Assembly: GCF_001194135.2 (NCBI RefSeq)
Contig: NC_068989.1
Span: forward strand, 52,597,487-52,658,746
Length of the DNA stretch: 61,260 nucleotides
From: Octopus bimaculoides
Taxonomy: Eukaryota
Direction: 5' to 3'
Shown here: positions 12,671-25,689 of the stretch, in pieces
Layout of the letters: each line of letters starts with the position of its first letter
Position numbering within the stretch: the first letter of the stretch is position 1
Notes under the pieces: generated by a model
Database searches by the model: none
Told to the model about the DNA's origin: nothing
Seen by the model: only the letters and a program-made list of their open reading frames with translations
Made by a program: the position numbers and the translations under genes

Positions 12671-14760
12671 CCGTCTCAGTTATCGCTGTTGTAGTAATCA
12701 TCATAAACATTTAAGGGAACTTTATCGATATCGCTTTTATAGTTGTTCTTTGTTTGTGGCAGTGGTTCTGGTAGTGGTAGCGGTGGTACTGTAGCACTAT
12801 CCGTGGTGTCGATGGTATCTAAATATCGCAGCTTATGACTTGGTAGCGTGACTTATGCTTAGCATCTATAAAATTAAATATCATCACATGTCTCAACTCG
12901 CTTTCTGTTTCTTTTCTTTTTTTTTTCTCCATTCTTCGCTACAAATTTCTTTAAGTGTATTTTAAACATTTATACTTAAGTGGCTTTTTAACTACCCCAC
13001 GCTCGATTTTCTTTGATTGGACTTCTGTGAATCACAACATTTTGGCACCGTTTCTTTATACGTTAATATATAAAAGCAATCGTTAGTTTTGACTGCATTG
13101 TGGGAAGCCTTTTAAAATAATCGTTTTCAGTTTTGATTTTTCTTTCTTTTTAACTTTAGTTATGTAGAAGTTATGAGGTGGACATTCATAGTTAATGAAA
13201 TCTGCACTTTACTGTAACCGTATAAATCACGTTAACAAAAGTTATTGTATCATTAATAGTTGGAATAAAATACGGAATAAAATACGGAATAAAATACACA
13301 ACACCATTGATTTCCAAAGGAGGTACATTAACGAATAACATTTCTATCAATTAAGAAAGTTTTGGTTTGATATCCACGTAGGTGAGTGCGAAAAGTTTAA
13401 AATGTCGTGAGTTGTTAGAAATGCCAGTACGCTATAAAGAAGTAAATTAGTAGTGTTATAATGCAGGCAAAGAAGAAGTCTGCTATTTTAGTTTAAATAA
13501 AGGGGTGAAGAAGCAATAAGAATTGCAAGTGCACTAAATTGAATGCGTGTCAATTTTTAATTACATCATTAAGGTTTTCAAAACGGGGAGAAGTTCTGAC
13601 AGGAGCAGAGCTTCGAGAATTCAAATCTATAAAGAGAACGATCATCGTTCGTTGTCCTCTCTCTCTCTCTCTCTCTCTCGATCGACGAAGTCGGTAGATT
13701 GAACATGAGAAATATTCAGCGGTCAATTCTATCAACTTGTCTATCCTCAGCAATGCATTGTTTTGAGAGTATGTTGAGAATCAATATTTCATTTTAAATA
13801 AACGGAACAATAGATACAGAAACAACGTGATTAAGGCGTTGACAAATACCATTACAACGTAATCTGGATGAACGAATCACAATATTGAAGTAATTTTCTA
13901 GTACTTTTCAGTCTATCTTGTATTCGCTGCACTAAAAGATATTCTCATCAATAGAAAATCCTGTGTCTTTTAACATGGTTGAGACAGAGCAAAACACAAA
14001 TGATAATATAAAGAGAATGAAAGAGAAATAGAGAGAGAGAGACATCAGAGGCAATCGTTGGAGATGCTTGTACCATTACATTAACAATTGCGTGTGGGGG
14101 AGTTGAATCATCTACGAGCTATAGCTTAGCTATTTGAGAAGATACTCGCAAGGGCCTTTTCTCTTGAACAACAGGAGTACATGTTTAATGAAAGATCATC
14201 TTGCCTATCCTCAAAAATTCATTTACCTGAATTCACGACCTTTTTCTGGCAAAACATGATATCATTGTGTTATCTCCAACGATAAGTCTATTGTATTACT
14301 ATTTAGTATTAGCTTTCACAACTTGTCGGAAGTGAGTCACTTCCGGTTTTCATCTGGGGTCGAGGTTGTTTTGTTTTCAGAAAAAGGGGTGGGATCCCTT
14401 TTTTGTCCGTCTATATCTCAGAAAACCTGCTGTCATCCCTGAATGTTTTTTGGCTATTTCATGTTACTGCAAACATGGCTTTGTACCAGCGTCACCAATT
14501 TTCTACTGCTTCTAGAATGATGAGCCTACAAAGTTTTTGCAAGATAATTTAAATATATCTAGTTGTTTTCCTTACATTAACCTCAGACATATAATGATGC
14601 GTAAATAATTGTGTATCCATGTGTGAAAGTGTTTCAGTATATCCAACATTGTTTTTCCTCATTCGGTACTTTTCGCCCGCATCTGCCAGTCATAATAAAC
14701 ATGTTGAACGTATTTTGTAATCAAGCTTTGTTACAAGAACGTTGTACATCAGGAAGTTTC

Positions 14761-15150
14761 TCTTTACTCTTTACTCTTTTAGTAGTTTCAATCATTTGAC
14801 TGTGGCCATGCTGGAGCACCGCCTTAAGTCGAGCAAATCGACCCCAGGACTTATTCTGTATAAGCCTAGTACTTATTATATCGTCTCTTTTGCCGAACGG
14901 CTAAGTTACGGGGACATAAACACACCAGCATCGGTTGTCAAGCGATGTTGGGGGACAAACACAGACACACAAACATACACACATACACATATATATACAT
15001 ATACACGACGGGCTTCTTTCAGTTTCCGTCTACCAAATCCACTCACAAGGCTTTGGTAGAAGACACTTGCCCAAGGTGCCGCGCAGTGGGACGGAACCCA
15101 GAACCATGTGGTTCGTAAGCAATCTACTTACCGCGCAGCCACTCCTACGC
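14761..15150 (-). mobile_element. SINE family B, near full length
   Basis: Reverse complement of 33026-33415: tRNA-like head, CORE-like CACCTTGGGCAAGTGTCTT, internal TA/TG tract and the family 3' end. Confidence 0.9.
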
Positions 15151-15667
15151 ATAAGTCAAATGATTTTTGTATTTAAGTTTGTCTTATCTTGTGTTTTTCT
15201 TATTTTGTAGTCTACCGTACACTTACCATACCTTTGCATATACGCGTGGTACATCTGCACGATGTTACGTACGAGTAGAAAATAAATGACTCCAAAAATT
15301 TTAAACCATTCTTCGTCTTTGTTATCACAGTGATGATCGTAACCCCGTTTGCCTAAATTTCTACACGAAGCAGCAACACGTTGTATACACAAATCGTTCA
15401 CACTATTTAGTATATTTGACTTTAAAACTTTCCCCGATGGAAATAGAAGCAACAAAGAGAGAAGTTTGCAAAAGTATCCTACTGTCTTAGAAAATATACT
15501 TTGTTTGAGAAAAATATAGCACTGTCATGATTAATAAGAATACTTGTATACGTATTTCCTTATCCTACAAAAGAAAACGAAAATTCTCTCAGATGAAATG
15601 GCAACGCTGAAAAATTAAATTCCACTTTACCTCATCCCACAACTTCCGAACTCATTAACTTTTCAAT

Positions 15668-15751
<84 letters not shown>

Positions 15752-15755
<4 letters not shown>

Positions 15756-15991
15756 TAAATATACAGGGATTAGCAATTGAGTTGCTTCTCCAACATACTG
15801 AAAATTTAGAAATAGCAGTCAAAGAACTACTGATTCTAAACTACAAATTTTTCTCTATGTGTGCCATAAATATCGCCATCCGTTTTAGAGAAAAATTTGT
15901 AGTTTAGAATCAGTAGTTCTTTGACTGCTATCTCTAAATTTTCAGTATGTTGGAGAAGCAACTCAATTGCTAATCCCTGTATATTTATGAT
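15752..15991. repeat. Long inverted repeat: 106-bp arms, 28-nt loop, one mismatch
   Basis: 15752-15857 is the reverse complement of 15886-15991 except for one position (TTTAGAAATAGC vs TTTAGAGATAGC). Confidence 0.93.
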
Positions 15992-17290
15992 GATAAATGG
16001 TCTTACCGATAAAGGTTTTCATACTGAACTACTTGGCAAAATTGTTAATTATTAATTCTATTATTAATTGACAATTCCCTGCCCTTATTTCTTGTATATA
16101 TATATATATATATACAGTAATAACGAAAATGATTTGTGGATAGAAATTTTTAGACTTTAGCAATGCATTGCAACATACGTTTCTGTAGCCACACATGTTA
16201 ATTTATGAGGACATGTTCACATCCATAAGATATTATTCACTATTGCTTATCATACCTATGAACCTTGAATATTCCTCCATTCTATGTGTACGTTTTCTCA
16301 GGCCTCTTACATTAACACTCCGGAAAGTGAGAATAACAGGAGATACCCGATAACGGACGGTTGATGACATTGTATCCAGTGCTTCTATGATACCTTCTTT
16401 TAGCGACTTCAAGAAGAAAATTTGACTTCGACGTGATTTGAGCTGAAAATGTAAGGATCTCAAGGTAATATGATCGCAGAACATAAAGATTTGAATCACA
16501 TACCACCACCATTTTTATTTTTCTTGCCAATGCTCTAACGACGCCACCAATCAACTGCTTCTGACGTCTTGAATGATACTAATGGTGTTATTATTTCGAG
16601 CACTAAAATTATATAATTACATCGAAACTGCTACTATAAACGGAAGAGAAAATTATAGTTTTAAAATTATAGTATCACAAAAGAATATGCAGAGATATAT
16701 GTTATTAATACACATATTCATGGAGCAAAATAAAGAAAAAAGATCTGCAGAATCATAAAGAAGGAAAGAACGGTGAATAATAAGATGACAGCGTATTGTT
16801 AATTTGATTAAAAGTAGGAGTCTTTAATTTAATTTTGTAACTTAGATCTTTCTGTTCAGTCGGAAAATACTGGTTCTTTTTTTGTTTTTTTCATGTCTAC
16901 TGTTTTTCCTTCTCTATGTTTCTATCTTTATTTTTCATCTTTATTCACGTCTCATTAGCATAGTTCTTCAAAATTTACAATTGGAAAATTGTATTTTTCA
17001 AAACAGAAATAAGTCAGCAAATTTAGTGTAAAGTTCAAGTTAGTTGTAAAGAAATATCAGAAATAAATTATATTGGACCTAAACTTACTGAAAATAGATG
17101 AATATATAAGAGATTCGGTTGCTTTCTTCGTACAAAATTGCTTCGTTCCTAGATCGATTCAACCGTGTGGCACTCTCATCAATGTCCAAACCTGTAATCT
17201 CGAATTTACCATTCCCTTGTGAATGGAATCTGGTTTCATTCACGTGAATAGTGACAGACGTCCGTCATATACATGTGCATATACACACGT

Positions 17291-17332
<42 letters not shown>

Positions 17333-17559
17333 ACACACATACTCACATATATAAATATATATAAAGCAATCATATATATANNNNNNNNNNNNNNNNNNNN
17401 NNNNNNNNNNNNNNNNNNNNNNNNNNNNNNNNNNNNNNNNNNNNNNNNNNNNNNNNNNNNNNNNNNNNNNNTATATATATATATATATATGATTGCTTTA
17501 TCTTGAGAGATCCATAGCCGTCCCATCAACACACACAACAGCCCATCACACAGTAAAAT

Positions 17560-18545
17560 CACTCCGTTGATGCGCCCTTAGATGACTTTTAAAATCAGCA
17601 GCTGACTGACAGGGTTTAAAATACAAGTGAGATATTATTCAAGTTTCTTCTACATCTTTGCCTTCTGGAACCTGAATCTGAAGCAATGATTTTGTGAACT
17701 AGCATATGTCTTTTAAGTGTTACAAGTTTTGTGGCATATGACACAAGTCGTAAGAGGCGGTTGGTGTCCAAGATTATTACCTAACTGGGCAATTCGATTT
17801 TCAAGTGACTTCATATGTTTCACGTATCCTGCTTTTGGCAACCGAACACGATCACATATAATGCATATCCAATGTTCACTGTTGATTACAGTACCAATTG
17901 TTCCTTTGCGACAGGCCCTTTTAAGCTCAGAGTCCTGAATCATTTTTTCCTCTCTGGCATTACAACCAGTCCTAACAACACCCCTACACTTGTTCCGATC
18001 TAGAATATCATTTTCCAAATTACTTTTGTTCATATCTAGTTTCTTCAAGTTCTCCTTCACACAGTTTTTATAACTTTTTCTCGGCTTATGTTGTATTCGC
18101 TTACCAGAGCTAAGCTTACCATAAAAAAGACGCTTTGGCAATCGCTCGTCTTTCATTCCAATAACATGTCCAATTCATCTCATTTGAGCCAAGATAACAT
18201 GTTATTCAATTGAGCTACATCGTGCCATGCGCAACAATTCTGTATATGGTATAAAACATAGCCACTTGACTCCTAAGATACGTCTGAGATACTTTTCATG
18301 GAATCTCTCAAGCATTTTTATATGACGCTTGTAAGTGGTTCACGTCTCACTTGAATAAAGAAGTGCAGTCAATACACACGCCTTATAGACATTGATTTTT
18401 GTCTGCAGGGAAATACCTCTATCTGCCCATACTAGCTTTTTGAGTTTTCCAAATGCAACACTTCCGTTCCCTATTCGATAGTATATTTCTGCATCAAGAC
18501 CACCATCTCTTGACAGTGTGCTTGACAGGGTACTTCCCAAGTAAA
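17560..18545 (-). mobile_element. RTE-clade LINE, 5'-truncated 3' end (late RT, C-terminal region with Cys/His motifs)
   Basis: YLGSTLSSTLSRDGGLDAEIYYRIGNGSVAFGKL..KINVYKACVLTALLYSSET, MKDERLPKRLFYGKL..RKSYKNCVKENLK and WICIICDRV..GYVKHMK are typical of RTE/BovB ORFs. Contains stops and frameshifts. Confidence 0.88.
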
Positions 18546-18602
18546 TACATATATACATACATACACACACAGCGAGAGTGAGAATTAGAAAGAGAGATAG
18601 AA

Positions 18603-19520
18603 TACGAAGGGGAACCCAAAGGAGACCGAAATTTTGTAATATTATTTTAATCACTTGGTTATACATGTTTGCTTTTATTGCCTTCAAAGTATCATCTATT
18701 TGAAGCAATGCATCGGTCCAGACGCGTTTCCCACTGTTCGAAACTGTCCTGGAACTCTTGTGAAGTGATGTCTTTTAACGCCTCTATCTTTTTTTTCTTC
18801 TCCATTTCTAAATCTGAAAACCTTTTCCTTTAAAGACTTTTTTCATTCGGGAAAACAAAAAAAAGGTTGCAGGGATCAAGATCAACTTCCAACTATTCTG
18901 CCAGTTCAAGACACGAATTCATTCGTGATCGGTTTTGATCCTCCGTGAGCAAGCGAGGCACAAATTTTGCTGCAACACTTTTCATCCAGAATTCTTCGCT
19001 CAAAATTGGTTGGCTGGAGCTCCAAGACACACTAGTCATATCAATAAGTTCGTCAACTGTTCGACGACGGTCCTTCAAGATCAGATCATGAACTTTCCTG
19101 ATGTCTTCATTCGCTTGGGAGGGCGACGTTCGTCCTGAACGTGGTTGGTTTACAAGCGACAAGTGACCATTCCTAAAGCATGAAAACTACTTGTATACTT
19201 GTGTTTTGCTCATGTTGAGGTCCTTGTAAGCTGTTTGAAGCATGGTAACTGTTTTGGCCTCCGTTTGCTCCAGCAGAAAACAAAATTTCACAGAAGTATG
19301 CTGTTCCTTCGTTTCAGCCATCTCAAAAAATTGACAAACAAGGGAGAAGCACTGCAAACCAAAGATGCACTACGTGGTAGTACGACTGAAACGGACGATG
19401 CCGGTCGGCAGACCGATGCCTGAGGGTTGCATCAAGTGGTTTCTAGCGGGCAGAAACCCGAACTACAACGGGCGCGCCCCACAGCGAATATTTCCGATTA
19501 CTTTTGGGTAACTCCTCGCA
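18603..19520 (-). mobile_element. Mariner transposon, internally deleted, with both TIRs
   Basis: MAETKEQHTSVKFCFLL..PRSGR..AKFVPRLLTEDQNRSR is joined directly to DLDPCNLFF..FEQWETRLDRCI..YFEG. Diverged TIRs: TACGAAGGGGAACCCAAA at 18603 and TGCGAGGAGTTACCCAAA on the reverse strand near 19520. Confidence 0.88.
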
Positions 19521-19544
19521 TATGCACGTACACACATTATTGTC

Positions 19545-19650
19545 TTTTATCTTTTACTTGTTTCAGTCATGAGACCGCGGCCATGCTTCGAAGAATTTTA
19601 GTCGAACGAATCAACACTTGTATTTATAATTTTAAGCCTGATATTTATTC
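19545..19650 (-). mobile_element. SINE family B 3' fragment
   Basis: TTTTACTTGTTTCAGTCATGAGACCGCGGCCATGCT..GTCGAACGAATCAAC..AAGCCTGATATTTATTCTGTCG. Confidence 0.65.
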
Positions 19651-19720
19651 TGTCGTTCTTTTTTGCCATGTGTGTGTGTGTGTGTGTCTGTTTGTGTGTG
19701 CGTGCGTTTGTGGGGTAGTG

Positions 19721-19832
<112 letters not shown>

Positions 19833-20057
19833 TGTATTTATGAGAATATCGGTTTTCTTTACTCTCCGTACAAATGCTATCGATGTCAACCTTGTTCTTG
19901 TATCCTCTGTGGATCGAGAGAGTCCCGGTCAAGTGGAGTTGATTCTTCTCCAGGTCCCCTCCTATCTCTCCTCTCTCTTTCTCGCTCTCCCTCTTTCTCT
20001 CTTTCTCTTTCTCTCTCCTCCTTCTTTCTATACCTACCTACATACCAACCTACCTAT

Positions 20058-20325
20058 CTAAGCATTTTACTCGACGTGCTAACGGTTCTACCAGCTCATC
20101 TCTCTGAGTAAAATAAATATTAGATCCAAATTTTGACACAAGGCCAGCGATTTCATGAGAGTTGGGTAAGTCGATTACATCGACCCCAGTAACCAACCGG
20201 TACTTATTTTATAGACTCCTAAATGATGAAAGGTAAATTCATACTCAGTGGAATTTGAAAGATGGATGAAAGATCACCAAGCATTTTGCTCAGTGCACTA
20301 ATGATTCTGCCAGCTCGCTGCCTTA
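20058..20325 (-). mobile_element. SINE family A: one copy (20125-20325) plus a separate head fragment (20058-20100)
   Basis: AAGTCGATTACATCGACCCCAG..GGTACTTATTTTAT..TGATTCTGCCAGCTCGCTGCC, plus AGCATTTTACTCGACGTGCTAACGGTTCTACCAGCTCA. Confidence 0.8.
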
Positions 20326-21608
20326 GAACAAAATAAATATAAATATCGGTACGAACTAAAGGCTGTATTCAACAAAAATAATTTGAAGGTGCAGCGATAG
20401 TATACCTGAAGGTCAAGGATTGAAACAACAAAATGAATCGAAGAAGAAATAGTAGACTAATTTTTAAACGTACCTATTAATATTTAACTATTTTCGCATA
20501 ACATTATTTGTTGTAGCTTAGCTTCAAGCATATAACCAAAGGCATTCCAGACAAGAGTCTCCTGTTATTTTGTCATATGGGTATTGTTTGTTGTATTTTA
20601 AGATAGTGAAATGTAATTTGAGGATGTATTGGTTGCTACGCTAACAGCTTTTTCGACAACGCTAAACACTTCTAAGTTATTTCAATATTTTTATTGGTGG
20701 TTTCGAGAAATGTTTAATAATTAACTTGCCAAAGTATAGTAATAAATAGCTGAGTGCGAAGCTCTGTTTTGTCTTTGACATTTCCTGTTAATGTAAAGAA
20801 GCCATTACTTCTCAGAGAAAAGACCAGTGAAATAAATCTTCAGATATGTCGTATTATCTCATGTCCATAAACATAGTACACGCTCTAGCTCTCTTTATAC
20901 TTAATAACAGGTGCAATTTTCGATTAACTTTCATTTACTTTTAATGAAATTCTATAATTTAAAAACACTATTAATAACCTGAAGAAAACAGCATTAATTC
21001 TAACCTAGATACACGTTATATAGGAAAACTATGCTAGCCTAGTATTATAACATATCTTGAATTAATATAATTGATATTGAAATCTATTACAGAAAGCTTC
21101 CGATGTTCGCGGTTGGACAGTGGAATGGTTTTTATTTTTATATTAAATATATCTCTATCTCTAATGTCATCTTCAGGACATGAATGCTAAGGACTCCTCC
21201 CGATTTCGAAGTCTCTGTTCTTTGTCTTTCTAACTTATATTTCCTGAGTACATTTCACGTGGACTAGTGAAGTGGCCATGTCCTCCTTGTCAAGCGAAAA
21301 TCGAGGCGTCCACTTGGCCATCACAAGCCTCTACTCGTCCAATTTACATCTTGTACTGAATGCATGCCATCATGTGCCGGGATCCTATTTAAGATAAGAT
21401 GTGACCGTTCCTTTCATTGTTATATATAAACGAAATAATGTACTGAAAACGGTTTCATGTTTTCTAGATAAGCATATAAATGAACAAATAGGCATAACTA
21501 TTATAAGCATTTATACATTTGCTGAGCAAAAATACCTTCTATTAATTGGGTTATCGTGTACTTATGAAATCTATTCGTGGAGATTATTTATGATTTATAC
21601 ATTCTTAT

Positions 21609-21667
<59 letters not shown>

Positions 21668-21681
21668 GCCCCCCATATATA

Positions 21682-21742
<61 letters not shown>

Positions 21743-21749
21743 CATGTAT

Positions 21750-21960
21750 GTGTGAGCGCGCATACCTTAATGGTTGGGTGCTGCACACACGATCTATCGA
21801 TCATGATTTCAATTCCTAGACCGGACGGTGCGTTGTATTTTTGAGCAAAATACTTCACCTCACGTTGCTCTGCTATCACTTTGACACCTGACTCCTGGTA
21901 CACCTTGCACCTGCTCAGACAACGTGGATTTGATGAAGAGAGTGAGCTAATGTTGATCAC
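21750..21960 (+). mobile_element. SINE family C (CORE-like), degraded
   Basis: Degenerate tRNA head followed by TGTATTTTTGAGCAAAATACTTCACCTCACGTTGCTC; similar to 49742-50020. Confidence 0.65.
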
Positions 21961-24330
21961 TATAAACAAATTATACGTCGTCTTCGCAAGGAGAGTTCAT
22001 CGTGGATGCATGTATGTATGTATGTATGTATGTATATAAAATATGAGAGAAAGAAAATGGAAATCGTGCGATTCTGTATTAAAAACCACAGCGATCGTTT
22101 CGATTCATCATTCATGGATACCTTGCAGGTGAATTTTCTGTAACAAACAGCTGTGATGCACCGTTGGTACAAATACGTTTTCTCGGATGAATTTCAAAAG
22201 CTAATGTGTGAAAAGACACCTGAAGAGATGCATGATGTGTCCCCCAAAATATACATATGTATGCATATATGTGTATGCATATGCATATGAATGTGTGTGT
22301 GTGTGTGTGTGTATGCATATGCATATGCTTGTGTGTGTGTCTGTATGCATATGCATATGCATGTGTGTGTGTGTGTGTGTGTGTGAGTGTGTGTGTGTGT
22401 GTATGTGTGTGTATTGAATATCTTTTATTCAGAAGTAACATGCAAGCTAATGCAAACACATGTTGTATGCGAAATTAACGATATAAATATCTGATAATAG
22501 ATTCGTATAAAATACCTTAAACGAATGAAAACATTGATAAATCTTTTTTTTCTGCATTTGAAAATATCCAATCACCCGTTTGCATAGATCCGTAATACCG
22601 CAATACTAAAGAAACTTGCCTAACATTTACCTGGAAATTTGAAACTTTGGAAATTCGAAACAATGGACTTTATGTTTTAAATCGTATTTTTCAGCATTGA
22701 GAAATAGATTAAGTTTATTCGGAGCCTGCGTCACTGTCTTCTCAGTGTGTGGCTTTCTCAGATGCCAGAGCCGCGAATATGATGTGCTCCAGAACAAGGA
22801 AAATCATTTGCGGCATTTGAAGTGTTTGTTTGGAAGCTTCTCTGTCGATTTTGAACATCATTTAGAAGAATTTATCAGATCGTGCGCGCACGCACACACA
22901 TACACACATACACACACGCAAATGCATAGACACACATACACACATACACACATTCATATACGCATGCAAACACGTACAAACGCGCATGCATAGACAAGCA
23001 CACACGCGCACATTCATGTTTATACAAACATAAACACAGTCATAGCCACACACACTCATGCATACACAAATATACACACATATAAAATGGAAGAGGGCGA
23101 TGAGCATTAACAGACCATATGAAACAGTATGAAAGCGGAAAAGAGAGAATATAACTATATATATATTTAAATATATGAGTTTATTCAGATATTGTTTCGT
23201 TTATGTCAATACTTAACAGCTTTTCTTCATAAATATATGTGTGTGTTTGTTTGTGTCTGTTTCTGTTTGAAAATCTATGCTGTACACTTGAATTTGCATA
23301 AAATATGTTGAGCTTGACATATCAATTGCTATTGAATTGTTCCTGTCGAAACACAATAGCCATTTCTTTTTCAATGTATCTTTAGCGATGTATTTCCTTA
23401 GCTAGTGTTGTATTATTTGGGCTATTCCCTCAGTGAAATTGATACACCATCAGATAATTGTTGCTTTCTCAACCTCTACATTATTTTTCATTCAAGATTT
23501 AAACCGCAGCTAGACATGCAAATTCAGTCTAATCAATAAAGAAGCAGTTAGCTTGCACACAACAAGGCGAAATGATCTGTAAGTATTTTCTTTCTTCTTT
23601 TAGTCTTGTTCAATAGAACGTGAGCTCAGGTTCTTTATAGATATATATATATATATATATATCCAAATGCGAGGCAGATTCTCGTGGAGCTTGCACGCAT
23701 ATATATAGAAAAGCAAAACGAACATTCACGCCATTACCGTCACCCTCGGAGCAGGTGTATTTATCAAAGTAAGTCTGTTTGCATATGTTTTTATGTATAT
23801 ATGCATGTTTTTATATGCGAACTGTATTTGCGTAATGCTATCGTTACATAAGCGCACATATGTATTAATCAGTAAATACGCGTGTGGTACGGGTGCAGAT
23901 TCGTGCAGCGATTTTTGTTTATTTACTGAAACAAAATATTTAATTAGATCCAAATAAGATTAGAATAGGTTTAGAGCATCTCCCGTCATATGAATGATTA
24001 AAATCAGTCTTCTTCTCACATTTTAGTAACCAGAAATGTGACGGATAACTGATAAATTTTATTTAATTCCTAAATATCATTGTGTCTAGATTTGAAACTT
24101 TAAGGATGTACTTTCACTGCTTCTATCATTCTTTCACTCTCTGCTCTTTCTTCTGACTCATTCTGCATACACTCACACACACACATGTGTGTATATGTAT
24201 ATATGTATATGTATACGTATGTATATGTATACGTATGTATATGGGAGAATATATATATACATATATGTATGTATACACACACACTTATACACACTCACTC
24301 ACACACATACGCACGCACACACACGCACAC

Positions 24331-24396
<66 letters not shown>

Positions 24397-25261
24397 ATGT
24401 ATTGCTTTATATCAGTCTCTACTGCTCTCGTTGTAAGAAGCAGGATATAATTCTGTCTAAATAGATTCCATGTCGGAAAGTAGAAAAACATATCGTAATC
24501 ATACTTTTCAATCAGTGAAACTTACAAACAAAGTGATCATCAATTAAATGAGAGAGAGATAGAATCACTAATACAAGTCCTTATTAACAGGCGGAAGCTT
24601 GATGCGTAATGTTTTCTGTCGCCAGAAAGGAATGTTATTTAAGATAACATATTATTCATCGGCGAGTTTAGACAACACTGCAGTACATGGTATGACGTGG
24701 AAGAATATCCTACGCTATGATGTTTCACTCTGCGTAAGAAATCTAGAAATCAGAACACTCGAGTTCTATAATGAGATTAAACGGTTTAGTAATGATAAAT
24801 AATACTGATAAATAACAGCTAAAACTACATTCTACTAGTTAAAACTACCATCTACGTAAGGTAACCATGACAACTGTGATACACGTTATGCATGCTACGC
24901 ACAGTTAATTCATTTACATCTAATACGAAACAGAATAGTTTTTACTAGCTAAAATGGTATTAAAAATAAAATTAGTCAGCAATATTTTCAATTTTCATGG
25001 AAACATACTTCTATTACTGCGTGTAGTGTGTTTGATTACTTTATTAATTTTATCTGCCGGCAATTTTTGTGCTGTTTTATATTCTGATTTAATATTATCT
25101 AATTTCTTTTTATGAAACGACTACATCATAAATTAGTAGCTTTGATGTTTATACGATGGTCTTGATTGGTTTTTATTAACTTAAGTGCATATTATTTATT
25201 TTTAAAACTTATTCATTCTGATGATTCTTTCGTTCTATGTCAGCTACATGCTTCTTTATCT

Positions 25262-25600
25262 TTAGTCAGAGTACGATGCACCACCTCGCTGAACAATTAG
25301 TCTTGTGAAAACTCCGCATAAATTCTTCAAACTCGCGCCATCTTCTAGGTTACGGTTTGTTCTTCTGTAACAGCATAGATGTAGATTTTGTCTAGTATAA
25401 CAATCCCAGAATACAAAGAGCATCATTTTTTTGTTTTCCAGTTTGAGCTGTGATTGATCTGATTTATGCCAGTGGGTCAATGACAGAAGTAGTCATCCGT
25501 AAACAGAGAAACTTCGCCGTGCATCCTCATTACAGGCTCCTAACATGCTGCTTCTTCAAAGTATTCGGCTGGTTGAGTGGACGAAGTCGTATGGAAAAGA
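25262..25600 (-). mobile_element. Degraded mariner transposase fragment
   Basis: KKMMLFVFWD resembles the mariner K.MLTVFWD motif; the surrounding sequence is heavily decayed. Confidence 0.4.
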
Positions 25601-25624
25601 GCACTGGCGAGTCTGTACATGCAC

Positions 25625-25674
<50 letters not shown>

Positions 25675-25689
25675 GTGCGTATATATATG

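Noticed and set aside
12237-12794. 185-aa Ser/His/Gln-rich ORF
   Set aside because: It is a translation of the AGT mosaic and the 18-bp minisatellite, begins inside a SINE tail and has no domain signature.
16290-16335. SVNVRGL as the start of an L1/Tx1 APE endonuclease
   Set aside because: No downstream QETH or other APE motifs follow, and the frame closes within about 25 codons.
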